DNA of 64,000 nucleotides. It comes from the human T2T-CHM13v2.0 reference genome, Homo sapiens. The notes under the pieces are model-generated. The model was given only the letters and a program-made list of their open reading frames with translations. It had not been told where the DNA came from and did not search any database. This document shows, piece by piece, positions 1-13,499 of the stretch (within the stretch, counting starts at the first letter, position 1; every line of letters starts with the position of its first letter). The translations under genes were made by a program, and so were the position numbers. Where the stretch lies: assembly GCF_009914755.1 (NCBI RefSeq), contig NC_060935.1, one strand, 5' to 3'.

Positions 1-1018
1 TTTCCCCTCCACATTGCCCTAGTAGAAGTTGTCTGTGAGGGTTCTGCCCCTGCAGCAGGCTTCTGCCTATACATCCAGGCTTTTTCATGCATCCTCTGAA
101 ACCCTCACAGAAGCTTCCAAACCTCAGCTCTGGCACTCTGTACATCCACAGGCTTAACATCTCATGTAAGCCATGTAAGCTTATGGCTTGCATCCTTCAA
201 AGTGGCAGCCCGAGCTGTACCTGGACCCTGTTGAGCCATAGCTGGAACTGGAGTGGCTGGGATGTGGGGAGAGTAGTTTGCCAAGGGCTCGGCCCATGAA
301 ACCATTCTTCCCTCCTAAGGCCTCTGATGGGAGGGGCTGCCATGAAGTTCGCTGAAATGACTTCAAGTTGTTTTCCCCATTGTCTTGAATAGTAGCACTT
401 GGCTCCCTTTTAGTTATGCCAATGTATCTAGCAGGTGGTTGCTCCACAGCCTGCTTGAATTCCTCTCTACAAAAAAGCTTTTTCTTTCTCTGCCATATGG
501 CTAGGCTGCAAAATTTCCAAACTTTTATGCTCTGTTTCCTGTTTAAATATAAATTTCTACTTTAAGCCATTTCCTTGCTTCTGTATCTAAGCAAAGGTTG
601 TTAGAAACAGCCAGGCCACATCTTGGGCACTTTGCTGCTTAGAAATTTCTTCTGTTAAATACCCTAGGTTATCACTCTCAAGTTCAGATTTCCTCAGATA
701 CCCAGGGCATGAACAGAATGCAGCCAAACTCTTTCCTATGGCATAACATGTGTGACCTTTGCTCCAGTTCCCAATAAGTTCCTCGTTTTCATCTCAGATC
801 TAGTCAGCCTGGATTTCATTTTCCATATCACTATCAGCATTTTGGTCACAATCATTTAAGCAGTCTCTAAGAAGTTGCACACTTACTCTCATCTTCCTGT
901 CTTCTCTAGAAAGACATACTCCACGTGATCCTAACCTCTGGCCATTATCCAATTTCCAAGCTGTTTCTACATTTTCAGGTATCTTTATAGTAATACTCCA
1001 CTCTGAGTACTAATTTTC
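1..1018 (-). mobile_element. MaLR (MST) internal region, truncated by the window edge
   Basis: Reverse complement of the MST/THE1-int start (…ttccaagctgtttctacattttcaggtatctttatag…agtactaattttc) directly abuts the LTR at 1019. Confidence 0.85.
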
Positions 1019-1421
1019 TGTATTAGGTCATTTTTGCATTACTATAAAGAAATGCCTGAGACTAGGTAATTTATAAGAAAAGATTTAATTTGCTTATGGT
1101 TCTGCAAGCTTTACAGGAAGCGTAATTTCTGGTGAGGCTTCAGGAAGTTTTACTCATGGTAGAAGGCAAAGCAGGAGCTTGCACTTCACATGGCAAAAGC
1201 AGGGAAAGAGAGAGAGAGTTGGGGAGGGGAGGTTCCACAGACTTTTAAATGACCACCAGATCTCAGAGCAAGAGCTCACCTATCACCAAGGGAATGGCCC
1301 AAGCCATTCATGAAGGATGGACTCCCATAATCCAAACACCTCCCACCAGGCCTCACCTTCAAGACTGGGGATTATATTTCAACATGAGATTTGGATGGGG
1401 GCGAATATCTAAACTATAACA
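1019..1421 (-). mobile_element. MSTA/MSTB-type MaLR LTR (5' LTR of the element above)
   Basis: tgtattaggtc…ctgagactaggtaatttataagaaaaga…aaactataaca is the reverse complement of an MST LTR. Confidence 0.85.
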
Positions 1422-1639
1422 CCATCTGAGGCTGGAAAGGTAGACAGAGGCCCAACAACACAGGCAGCCTGAGAGGCAGCTGTAAGGATGATTAAAAGGC
1501 TTTTATCCTTAGGGCAAAGAGGAATAATTGAAAGGAGTTTTCCATTAATGTGATTTTTCCAGAAATCTCAAAATTAACTGAAGGCATGCAATAATCCAAA
1601 GAGCCCTTATTCAACAAAAGTGCTAAATATTGGTAAGAA

Positions 1640-3290
1640 CAACAAATTGTGTGACATTTTAATTTCCCTATTTCCATTCTCTTCTTTATACCTAAATGGT
1701 AGGTATAAAATCCAGCAGCCTCTCAACAATAGGTATGTAAAGTGGAATTCTAGAAGCTACAAGAGGAGGCAGAATGGCATTGTCTAAGCATTGACCCATC
1801 TGACAGCTCCTTGGAAAAGCTCAATTTTTAAGGCTTGTGATCGTTTTGACTTACTGAAAGCTTGTTGATTGGGAAAAATCTTGTTTCTAGGACATTTGCT
1901 GAAAACAATCAAAAGTGATTGTTTAACATGGCAGCTGCCTGAGGAGACTATACGAGTTGAGGCCAATAAGAAGCTGGCCAATAAAAATGTAAATGGAAGA
2001 GTTTATGAGTGAGATAACACCAGAATCTTTGAACAACACTGACATATTCCTAAGGAATGTGAAGAAAGCCACATCCATGAGTAGGGCTGTGTCCATGTAA
2101 AAGAATGATCTGAGAAAGTTCCATCCTCTCATCTCTACTTGAACTTTAGGTCCTTTGAAGCAGGAAGGGAAGACTAATGCAGAATTGTAAACTATCAAAA
2201 CATTGAGAGCCTGTCAATACATACAAAGAGCCTCTCAACAAATAATATACAGCTTATTCACTCAGGGTATATAAGGAAATCTCTGTCCAATCACGAGCTT
2301 AACTACAAAGCTAACTGTACAGAGGACTCAGTGGCCACAAATAACAGGGAATAAAGAGTTTACAGAATTAGTCCAGGAGATAAATAATAACAACAACAAC
2401 AACAACAATAAATGGCAATCAAAAGAAAGGCTGGGAGGAGATAATCTGATTTCTAGAGTTGTCACATTATATTATATAAAATATCCAGTTTTCAATAAAA
2501 AATTATGTCTTGTAAATAAGAAGAATGGCTCATATACAGGAAGAAAAAAAAGCATGCAATATAAACTGTCCCTGAGGTAGATATTGGACGTAATAGGTAA
2601 AGACTTTAAATCAATTATTATAAATATGTTCAAAGAAATAGAAGAAACTAATTCTAAAAAACAAAGAGACTGATGTCTCAGCAAATATTACTAATGAAGA
2701 AATAAAAAGTAAAAATTCTCAAATTGAAAAGTATAATAACTAAAAATTTACTATAAGGATTCAATAGAAGATTAGTCCTGGTAGAAAAAGAGAATTTGAA
2801 TATAGGTCAGTTTACATCATCTAGTCTAAGGAACAGGAAAAAAACTGAATAAATAAAGATACATAAAGTCTCAGAGACTAATTGAACAGTATCATGCTTA
2901 CCAGCATACACATATTAGAGTCACAGAAGAAGAGAATATGGGAAAAGGGGAAGAAACAGTACTTGAAGGTATAATAACTAAAAACTTCTCAAATGTAGTT
3001 AAAACATTAATGTACACATCTGAAAAATTTAGGAACCCCCAGTAAGACAAACTCAAAGAGATGAACATATACAAAATAATAAAATTGTCAAAAGCCAAAA
3101 ATACTGAGAGAATTTTGAAAGCAGTAAGAGAAAAATGGGTCTCCACATATAAGGGATTCTCTGTAAGATTAACACATGATTTCATTTCCAAAACACTGTA
3201 GTCCAAACAGAAATAGGATGACACAGTCAAAGTCATAAAAGAATAAGATCATCAACTAGTCTATTTTGCAAAATTATACTTCCAAAACTA
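1640..3290 (+). mobile_element. Ancient L1M 5' region/ORF1 remnant
   Basis: A-rich; 3110-3200 encodes a degenerate ORF1p motif (ILKAVREKWVSTYKGFSVRLTHDFISKT, cf. KAAREK..TYKG..IRLTADFS.ET); (AAC)n at about 2385-2410. Confidence 0.7.
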
Positions 3291-3589
3291 AGTATAATAT
3301 TTATAGATTTCAAGTATTAGTATGTGGGCATCTTGTGAGGGTGAGGCATTATTTAGCCTACCACAATACCAGTATCATAAGGTTCTCCAAAGCAACTGAA
3401 AATGGTTTCCATCAGTTTGGTCTTATCCATATCTGTCCTTGACTTAAACTACTTCTGAGTGATATAAATATTTAAAGCCTTTTCCAATATCTGATTTATT
3501 TATTTCCTGGTGAATTAATACCCTCTAAACTCCCCAGTTGTAAAATGAAGAATTTAGGAGGTTGTGTTCTCTAGATAGTGAAATGATTA

Positions 3590-4480
3590 AAAATATTATG
3601 AACTTCTGAGTTGAAAACAGATTAGACTCTCCAACACTTAATAAGGATGTGGTTTTAGGAAAGGTATTTTACTTTCGATGTCTTATTTGTAAAATGAATT
3701 CAATATTGTCTACTTCTTTAGTTTTATTGGTCCATAGATAAAGAAAATTGTGCTACCAGGTAGATCATATCCAGAATCTCACCCACACCTAATTTAGATT
3801 ATTTAGATGATGAGATTTGGATGAGATCTGAGGATTTGAATTGATGCTATAATGGGTTCAGAAATTTTGAGGACCTTGAGATGGAGCAAACATTTGGAGT
3901 AACATTAATCTGGCAGCCAGAGGGCCAGATGTGATGTGTAGAATAAGGTTTACCCAAGAATTTGTATACCTTAATTCCTAGAACTCTGAATATTATGTTA
4001 CATGGCAAAGGGGATGTAAGGTTGCAGATAGAATTAAGATTGCTAATTAGTAGACATTAAAATAGAGATTTTCCTGGACATCCAAATGGGCTCAATGTAA
4101 TCTCAAGCTTCCTAAAAAGTAGGAGAGGCTATACAAGAAGAGGTTAGGGTGATGTGATGTGAGAAGGACTCGACTCACTGTTGCTCACTTTGAATATGGA
4201 GAAAGCAGTTTACAAGCCAATAATGGTGGGTAGCCTCTAGAAGCTAGAAAGGGAAGGAAACACACTTTCCTCTCTAACTTCCAAAAAGGAACATAGTCCT
4301 TTTGACACATTTGTTTTAGCCTAGTGAGACCTGTGTTGGACTTCTGACATACAGAGTTGTAAAATAATACATTTGTCTGTTTTCAAGCCACTATAATTTA
4401 GGTAATTTAGTACAGGAGCAAGAGAAAATTAATACCTGTTTGAGTTTCCATGAGGATTAAATTTAATTAATGCATATAAT
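3590..4480 (+). mobile_element. MIR split by an MLT1 insertion (pieces at about 3590-3740 and 4437-4480)
   Basis: MIR core (cttatttgtaaaatgaattcaata…) resumes after the LTR as …catgaggattaaatttaattaatgcatata. Confidence 0.5.
3750..4436 (+). mobile_element. MLT1D-like MaLR: 3' end of internal region (about 3750-3929) plus LTR (3930-4436)
   Basis: ccagagggccaga|tgtg int/LTR junction; MLT1D-type aaggttgcagatagaattaagattgctaattag; ends gaaaattaatacc. Confidence 0.8.
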
Positions 4481-5049
4481 ACTGGTTTCCCAGTTACAGG
4501 TTAATTAATAGAAATTCATGTTATATTTCTCCTGATAGCTCTTTCCTCTTTTTAGATTTTATTAATGAGGAGAATTGAAATCACATTATTAATATTAAAC
4601 TAATAGCTTTCATGTTATATATCCCCTTTGGAAATAATTTTTGTAATTTATATTCAGTTTTGTGACCATATCTGCAATATTTCTACTTAGTCATATGTTT
4701 AATTTGCTTTAATAACCGCTGTCAACATACCATAATTTACTCATATCAGTTTCTTAACTTTAGAGTGATGTTGTTTCTGAATTCTTTTAGTTCTAAGGTG
4801 TCTCTTTTGAATGACAACTTACCTGGACATCAAATTTTGGGTCAAAATCACTTTCTGTCAAAATTCTTCTTTAGGTATAACTGCTATTTTCGGATGTTTG
4901 GTATTGCAAAAGAGAAGCTGGAAGCCAGAGTAAATTTTGTTTATAGGTTATCAGTGTTTCCTCTTTGGATACTTGTGGACTTTTTCAAAACTGTCATGTC
5001 ATATATGTTGCTAGCTTCTGCATTCAGTACTTTTGCAGACTAGGTACCC

Positions 5050-6500
5050 TGATCAACTGTCCCATGGAAAACAATTTAAAACATGGGATACAATTCTTTA
5101 AAACTTTTTATACATTCACCAATGCAAGAACATCAGAAATACTCAGGGGACAAAAACTATGAGAAAGAGCAATCTTTAGCTCCAAAGCTGAAACATTGAG
5201 GATGGCTGTCATCTTGAAATGATCTTGTGCTCAAGTTGTCACCAAGAGCAAGAGAAAAGAGAAACATTCCTGGATCTGTCTGAGGTGGAACTGTTGAGAA
5301 AATTTGCCCTCCCTTCCTTTATTAAGCTGGGAAAGCAAAGGGCTATATCCCTGCTATAAAAATGAAATATAAACCTACATTGCTCTTTCTCTTTCTTTTC
5401 CTTCATCCTCTATAGAAGACTACCAGGAGCATTGCTTGCTTCACATCTCAGGTATAAGTAAAGAAGGAAAAAAGCCAACCTTTACTCAGGTTGGTAGTCA
5501 AGATTCACACTCTAGAGATTGTTAAGAATATTTTTAAAACTCTAAAGTAAAAATTTAGTGTGAAGTGCTCTTTTTAAATTGCCTGATAAAAGCAATATAC
5601 ATTCTCTCTACATGCACCTACTTCAAGCTAGGCCTCAAAAGATACCAATAGATAAAGTTGCAGGAAATGTGAGCTCTCAATGAAAAAAAAAAAAAGTATA
5701 AAATACCATGAATGAAAGCTAACAAAACAATAGTGGAATTAAACTGCTAAAGGGTTGAAATTTATCAAATACAATAGATTTAAAGAAATAAAAAGGACTG
5801 ACAACGTAAGTAAGAACAACAAACTTCAAAAATGAAAAAGAAAAAGAATCAGAAACAGCCAGAAATAAAAATATATATAGTTAAAAGTTTATGAATAAGC
5901 TTAATAGCTGATAGACCCACCCAAAAGAAGGATTTTTGAACTGGAATATAGAACTGAAAAAAATACATAGAATGCAAAAGAGAGAGAAAAAGAAATTGAA
6001 AATACAGAAAAAAGGTAAATACAAGAGGAGATTAAGAAAGTCAGATATTTGTGTAATCAGAGAAGGAACAGGGCAGAGTAAAATAGAGATAGTATGTAAG
6101 AAGATAATTGGTAAGAATTTTCCAGAAATGATAGATGAGTAAGTACAGAGTCAGGAATCTCAATGAATCTCAAGCAGAAAGAAAAAAATTACAATATTTT
6201 TAAAATTGTAAAGTAGCGAAAGCAAAAGAGACCTTGCAGAAGCTGTAGAGAAAAGACAGAGTATGTAGCAATTGACAATGGAAGCCTGAAAAGAGCAGCA
6301 TTATACTATCAGTAGCCAAGATAAAAATGTTTTACCGTCTCATTAAACGTTATATACTCAATAATATAATATTCAAAATGAGCCAAAAATGTGTATAAAT
6401 ATATAACACAGATAGAAATACAATAATAATGGGTTATATTAGAACACCCCTTAGCCTTTGACAGATTAAGTAGAATGATCCACTCCAAAAAAAAGAAGCA
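5050..6500 (+). mobile_element. Ancient L1M 5'UTR/ORF1 remnant
   Basis: ORF 5936-6142 (RRLRKSDICVIRE…KIIGKNFPEM) is degenerate L1 ORF1p. Confidence 0.6.
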
Positions 6501-6862
6501 AGATAGGATCATAGAGAATTTTATTTTGTATTAAAATATAGTAGGTAGTGGCAAGCTATTTTTTCTTCTATTTCAACAACTATAAAAAGAAATACATCAT
6601 AAGATTATATTTTTAAAGACATTGCATAGGTGTAGAAGCAAAGAAGCTTATATATCAACTAAAATTTTAAAGACAAGAATTCTTCCTAGTTGAATTGTTA
6701 ATCAGTCTTTCCTCTTTGAGGTCACTGGATTAAGACTGAGCTTGCCATAGATAGAAAAGCTCTACTAAGTTTAGCTAAATGAATAAACAAACAAAGTGAG
6801 CTTTCTAAAAACTGCTGCACGGGCTGGCATGACAAACTGAAATCCAGAGAAACCAAAGACAT

Positions 6863-7961
6863 TGTTGACTAAAGAAAGAAAAATAAAGCTTTTAAAGAAT
6901 TAAAGTTAGTTTTATTCACAAGCCTTACTGAGGACTGTAGATGATTATAGCCTGAAAGGAGTCTTTTGGGGAGATTCTATCAGCCTGCTCCAAAACAGTG
7001 TTTCAGTTCATTACTTATATACAGGTTGTGAAAGTTCAGTATGTATGAAATTCATTTTAAAACTTTTTTCTCCTTTCTCTCTACTGTTAAGATGTAACCC
7101 TGAAATAGACTGTAGAAACATTTTTTTCTTAGTCTTAAAATATAGCCTTGAAATGTACTTTGAAACTCTCCTCTCTTTCCCACCAGACACTCCCTTAAAA
7201 TACGCACGCTTATCTAACTGTATGCTTGTTTAAAAATTCCAGGGACTTATTTTACAACAAGCCAAGCATGGAAGCCCAGTTGTGGGATTCTCTTCCACTT
7301 GGAAATTACCTCAAGATGGGTTATCTGCAACCTGGCTACAACTGACATAGTACCAGCTGGAACTCCAGGTGGACAATAATTCAAGATAGCATTTGCAGCA
7401 AGACATGCAGACCTGCATCCTGTACTACTTCTGTGTATTTTTCATGCCAAGCCTCTACTTTTAAATCCCTCCCCTCAGCCGAAGACCTAAAATGGTCTTT
7501 TAAAGATATGAGTCTGGCCATTTCCCAGTTGGTAGCATTTGATATATAAAACTGCCTTCCTCTCACCACACCTCACTTCTTGAGTTTTCGGCCTCTGAGC
7601 AGCAAGCAGCCGCACTTCAGCCAGCTACAAGTATATGCTCAGAAGTTACATTAAAGCAAAATCATATCACCGTTTAGGTGCAAGAGTATATCTGGTTGTG
7701 GATTACAGAGGCATAATCACTAACCGTGTCAGAAGTTGTCTTATGTGTAGGAAAAGGCAAGGACTAGGGTCATTTATCTTTTAAGGAATGTAGTGACTCA
7801 GGCAAGAGATGTGGTGTCCATGTGCTGTATCCTTGTTTTATCTTCAAATCATCCTTCTGGAGAGCTGCATATCATTACAAAGTCAGGGCTTTGTGAAATT
7901 TTGCTGGCAAGCAGAAATGAACAAACACGGCTTCTTACATTTGCAACTTTGTCTCACAACA
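6863..7961 (-). mobile_element. ERV1 (MER4-group-like) solo LTR interrupted by a second LTR
   Basis: TG…CA-like ends (tgttgact…gtctcacaaca); reverse AATAAA (tttatt) near 6910; sequence continues across the nested insert. Confidence 0.65.
7042..7629 (+). mobile_element. ERV1 solo LTR nested in the LTR above
   Basis: Starts TG (tgtatgaaa), ends CA (ccagctaca); 4-bp TSD AGTA at 7038-7041 and 7630-7633. Confidence 0.75.
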
Positions 7962-8115
7962 CACATTGAATTTTCTCTAAGGGACATTTTTTAAGTGAAA
8001 GGGTGGCACAAGAATATGGGAGCTACACCGGAAAGGTAGAGTGAAGATCTCCCTCAGTCTCACAGTGCTTGCAATTCAAAGTCCTGCTAGCAGAAGGATC
8101 AAGAAAAAATTTATT

Positions 8116-8835
8116 GTGTAAATTATATACTTGGCTTTTGTCTCTGTTTCCTGGCATATAATTCTTAAAATCTTTGGAATCTCCAAAGTGATGTTGTTTT
8201 GTATACTAACAAGTTTACTGATGGCTAGTAGCCCCTAGGTAGCTTCAGGATGAAGGCTGGTCATAGAAGAAAACAAGACATGATTAAGAGGATTGGGACT
8301 TTCAGCCCCATCTCCAACTTCCAGATAGGATAGAGGGGTTGAAGGTTAAGTCAATCATGAAAAGCCAATAGCTTCATCAATCATGCCTATGTAATGAAGT
8401 TTCCATAAAACCCCAAAAGAACTGGGTTTGGAGAGCTTCCAGATAACTGAATACGTGGAGGATCCTAGAGAGTGACACACTCGTCGAAGCTCCTCCCCTT
8501 CTCCCATACCTCACCCTGTGCATCTCTTCATCTGTTTTCTTTGCCCAATAAACTGGTAAAGGTAACAAGTGTTTCTCTGAGTTCTGTGGGCCATGCTAGA
8601 AAATTAATCAAACCCAAAAAGGGTGCTGTAGGAAGCTAAATTTGAAGCAGGTCTCTGTGGGATCTGATGCTGCTGACAGACAATGTTAGAATTGAATTGG
8701 AGGGCACTCAGGTGGTGTCTGCTATAGAGCTGATGGCTTGCTTGGTGGTTGCGAGAAACCCCCATATTTGGTCACTGAAATCTTATGTGTTGATTGTTGC
8801 AGTATGAGAGTAGACGAAAAACAGTTTTTGTTTTT
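8116..8835 (+). mobile_element. MER21-family LTR
   Basis: MER21 hallmarks: gcccctaggtagcttcaggatgaaggctggtca, caatcatgcctatgtaatgaag, ggtttggagagcttccagat, aataaactggtaaa. Confidence 0.85.
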
Positions 8836-9716
8836 AAAGTTTTAAGCTACGTCTAAACTCACATAGCTTTCAGTAGAACAATGGAAGCCACAAAACAATA
8901 GAATGACATCTTTAAAGTGATCAAATGAAAAAAAACATCAAAAATGAAAGTTTGGGTTTGGATTTGGGAAATATGGTAACATCCGTGGAAGTATAGATTT
9001 TGGATCTTTCCAAATCACTGCATGGGAACAGGGTAGTTACCAAAACCAAAGCCTATGGATGATATTTACAAAAGCAAAACAAAAGCGCTAATGTAACACA
9101 ACTGATGGGTTTAGTTCACTGTAAAAGTGGCTGAGTGCAAGGGACCCATAGTAAGGCCTCAGGGAGCTGAAACTGGTTATTTCCTATTAACTTTCAAACT
9201 GAACCAACAGGCATTCCTCCCAGGGCAGGGCTCAGATCTAACGAGGAACTGCTTGGAGTGGAATCACAATAAGGATGACAGAGCAAAAAGAAGATGGGCC
9301 GGATAAAAGCGCTAGAGAGAGAACTGGAGAATCTCAGAAAACAAACTCAATTTTTTTTAACAACACACACAAAAAAAATGGATGAAGGGAAACTATTAAG
9401 TTATTAAAAAAAAAAAGCTATCTAAATCAGAATCTCTTCACATAGCCCAGAAAGAATAATTTCACATGAAAATGAGAGATACAAGATATTAAGATCAAAT
9501 CTCATATGAATCTACCATGAGAAAAAAGTGTGAATAAGAAGTAGAATAATAATCCTACAGAATAACTGGAAAGGCATATTCAAGAAATAAACACAACTTT
9601 AATAGAATGTTTTAAAATGGGCTGAAAAACTTTAAGAAAATGATTCAAGACACAAAAGAACAGCACAAATCAGAATTAGAGTAACAGAAATTACATAACA
9701 GAACTTAAGAATCAGA

Positions 9717-10017
<301 letters not shown>

Positions 10018-10039
10018 ATCAGAAACAAGATTTTAAAAA

Positions 10040-11660
10040 GACTTAACTCATATACAGCTTTTTTTGTGGAACATAAATTTTCATTTCTCTTGAATATAAA
10101 TGAAATTGTATAATTGCTGGGTCATATCATAAGTTAGTTATATGGTAAGTTGGTATGGTGAATTACATGTTTAATTAAGAAAGTACTATACTGTTTTCCA
10201 TAATACTGGACCATTTATATTCCCATCAGCAATATGTTGGAACTTTATTTTCTCCAAATCCTTGCCAGCATTTTATATCCTTAAAAATTTTAGCCTTTCT
10301 GATAGACATGAAGTAATAATAAATTTTGAATCAGGTGTTAGCCCTTAAAAATCATTCTTCTTTATCAAGTTGTTTTGCCTATTCTAGGTTCACTTGCCTT
10401 TTCATGTGGATTTTAGAATCTCCTCGTAGAACTGCTTGCTTGCTTGGTGGTTGGGAGAAATCCCCATATTTGGTCACCGAAATCTTATGTGTTGATTGTT
10501 CACAAAAAGCCTGCTGAGATTTGACTGCCGTTGTGTTGAATCTTGAATCAGTTTGGGAAGAATTGACATAACGATATTAAGACTTCCCACCTATAACATG
10601 GTGTATCTCTAAACTTACTTCAGTGGTCTTCAATTACTCTTAGCATTTTAAAGTTTTCAGTTTATAAGTTTTGCGTATCTTTTGTAAGCTTTATTCTTGA
10701 ATATTCCAAAACTTTGAATGTGATTATAAAGATATAATTTTTTTAAATTAAAAAATAATTTAGAGACAAGGTCTTGCTGTGTTGCCCAGGCTGTACTTAA
10801 ATAGCCTCCTGAACAGCTAGGACTTCAGGAAATTTCTGTTTCCAATTGTTTGTTGCTTGTATATAGCAATACAATTGATTTTTGTATTTTTATCCTGAAA
10901 CCTAAACTCACTCATTAGGGCAGTTACTTTTTATAGACTCCATTGGATTTTTTGAATAGATAATCATGTCATCTGAGAATAGAGACAGTTTAACTTCTTT
11001 CTTTCCAATATAGTCTTTTATTTCTTTTCTTGCTATATTTCATTGACTGGAATCTCCACCTATATGTTGAATAGAAGTGGTCTGCTATGCTTGCTTTGTT
11101 ACTGATCTTAGGAAAAGCACTCAGTCTTTTACCATTAAATATCATGTTTACTGTAGGTTTTTCAGGAGTTACTCCTTAATAAGTTGAAGAATTTTTCTCT
11201 AGTTCTAGTTTGCTGAGAGACTTTATCATGAAACAGGATTGAATTTTGTTAAATGCTTTTTTCTGCATATATTGAAATGATCATATGAATTTGCTTTTCT
11301 AAGTTGTTAGTATGGTGAATTATATTGATTAAATTTTGAATGTTGTGCCTACCTTACATTCCTAGGATAAACTCCACATGATCATGATATATTGCCTTTT
11401 CCACTTATAGTTGAATTAGATTTGTAACATGTTCTGAAGAATTATAGAATTTATGGCCATGAGGGATATTGATCTGTAATTTTTTTTTCTTATTAGTGTC
11501 TTTTTTTTTGTTTTCCTAACAGGGTAATAGTGGACATATAGAATGAGTTGGAAAGTATTCCCTCATCTTTAATTTTAAAAGACGTTGTGAAAAAAATATA
11601 TATTTTTCTGAAAAGTTTTGTTTTCATTCCACAGTGAAGCCCTCTGGGCCTGAATTTTTC
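10040..11660 (-). mobile_element. Old L1M ORF2/3' fragment (contains an Alu scrap at about 10750-10830 and a MER21 patch at 10427-10500)
   Basis: Minus ORF 11493-11681 (EGILSNSFYMSTITL) is ORF2p; T-rich antisense L1 sequence. Confidence 0.8.
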
Positions 11661-11671
11661 TTTGAGGGCAT

Positions 11672-12060
11672 TTTTTCCCACCTTTATTGAGGTATAATTG
11701 ACAAATAAAAATTGTATATATTTAAAATGTACAACATAATGTTTTAATATACATTTAAAATGTAAATATTTACCACCATCGACTTAATATATCTATAACC
11801 TTACATAGTTACCATTTTTTGTGATAACAATTTATACTTTTCTTAGCAAATTTCAAGTACACAATATTATTAACTATAGCCACCATCCTGTACATTACAT
11901 CCCAAGAATTTATAAATCTTACATATATGAAACTTTACACTGCTTGATCAACATTTTGCCATTTCTCTTACCCCAGTCCATTCTACTTACTGCTTCTGAG
12001 TTCAACTATTTACGATTCCACATGTGAGTTAATGCAGTATTTGTCTTTTTGTGTTTCATT
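11672..12060 (-). mobile_element. L1MA/L1MB 3' end
   Basis: ctttattgaggtataattgacaaataaaaattgtatatatttaa is the reverse of the L1MA/MB 3' terminus. Confidence 0.75.
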
Positions 12061-12422
12061 TATTTTCCTGTATGGATTTTTTTTTTTTAATTATACTTTA
12101 AGTTTTACGGTACATGTGCACAACGTGCAGGTTTGTTAAAGATGTATACATGTGCCATGTTGTTGTTGGCGGAATAGGAACAGCTCCAGTCTACAGCTCC
12201 CAGCGTGAGCGACGCAGAAGACGGGTGATTTCTGCATTTCCAACTGAGGTACCGGGTTCACTGGGGAGTGTAGGACAGAGGGTGCAGGACAGTGGGTGCA
12301 GTGCACCAAGCGTGAGCCAAAGCAGGACGAGGCATCGCCTCACCTGGGAAGCACAGGGGGTCAGGGAATCCCCTTTCATAGTCAGAGAAAGGTGACAGAC
12401 GGCACCTGGAAAATCTGGTCAC

Positions 12423-12596
12423 TCACACTCTAATACTGAGCTTTTCCAATGGTCTTAGCAAACAGCACACCAGGAGATCATATCCTGTGCCTTGCTCAGA
12501 TGCTCCTACGCCCACGGAGCCTCGCACATTGCTAGCACAGCAGTCTGAGATCAAACTGCAAGGCGGCAGCGAGGCTGGGGGAGGGGCACCCGCCAT
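12423..12596 (-). pseudogene. L1 antisense ORF0, truncated to 57 aa
   Basis: MAGAPPPASLPPCSLISDCCASNVRGSVGVGASEQGTGYDLLVCCLLRPLEKLSIRV* matches primate L1 ORF0 (71 aa) with a premature stop. Confidence 0.8.
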
Positions 12597-13169
12597 TGCC
12601 CAGGCTTGAGTAGGTAAACAAAGTGGCTGGGAAGCTCGAACTGGGTGGAGCCCACCGCAGCTCAAGGAGGCCTGCCTGCCTCTGTAGACTCCACCTCTGG
12701 GGGCAGGGCATAGCCAAACAAAAGGCAGCAGAAAACTGCAGACTTAAATGTCCCTGTCTGACAGCTTTGAAGAGAGTAGTGGTTCTCCTAGCACGCAGCT
12801 GGAGATCTGAGAACGGACAGACTGCCTCCTCAAGTGGGTCCCTGACCCCTGAGTAGCCTAACTGGGAGGCACCCCCCAGTAGTGGCAGACTGACACCTCA
12901 CACGGCCGGGTACTCCTCTGAGACAAAACTTCCAGAGGAGCGATCAGGCAGCAACATTTGCTGTTCACCAATATTCGCTGTTCTGCAGCCTGCCTTGCTG
13001 ATACCCAGGCAAACAGAGTCTGGAGTGGACCTCCAGCAAACTCCAACAGACCTGCAGCTGAGGGTCCTGACTGTTACAAGGAAAACTAACAAACAGAAAG
13101 GACATCCACACCAAAACGCCATCTGTACATCACCATCATCGAAGACCAAAGGTAGATAAAACCACAAAG

Positions 13170-13499
13170 ATGGGGGAAAAACAGAGCAGAAAAACTGGAA
13201 ACTCTAAAAATCAGAGCGCCTCTCCTCCTCCAAAGGAACGCAGCTCCTCACCAGCAAGGGAACAAAGCTGGACAGAGAATGACTTTGATGAGTTGAGAGA
13301 AGAAGGCTTCAGACGATCAAACTACTCCGAGCTAAAGGAGGAAGTTCGAACCCATGGCAGAGAAGTTAAAAACCTTGAAAAAAAATTAGACGAATGGCTA
13401 ACTAGAATAACCAATGCTGAGAAGTCCTTAAAGGACCTGATGGAGCTGAAAACCACGGCACAAGAACTACGTGACGAATGCACAAGCCTCAGTAGCTGA
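13170..13499 (+). pseudogene. L1 ORF1p N-terminal fragment (109 aa, premature TGA)
   Basis: MGEKQSRKTGNSKNQSASPPPKERSSSPA…ELRDECTSLSS*. Confidence 0.9.
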
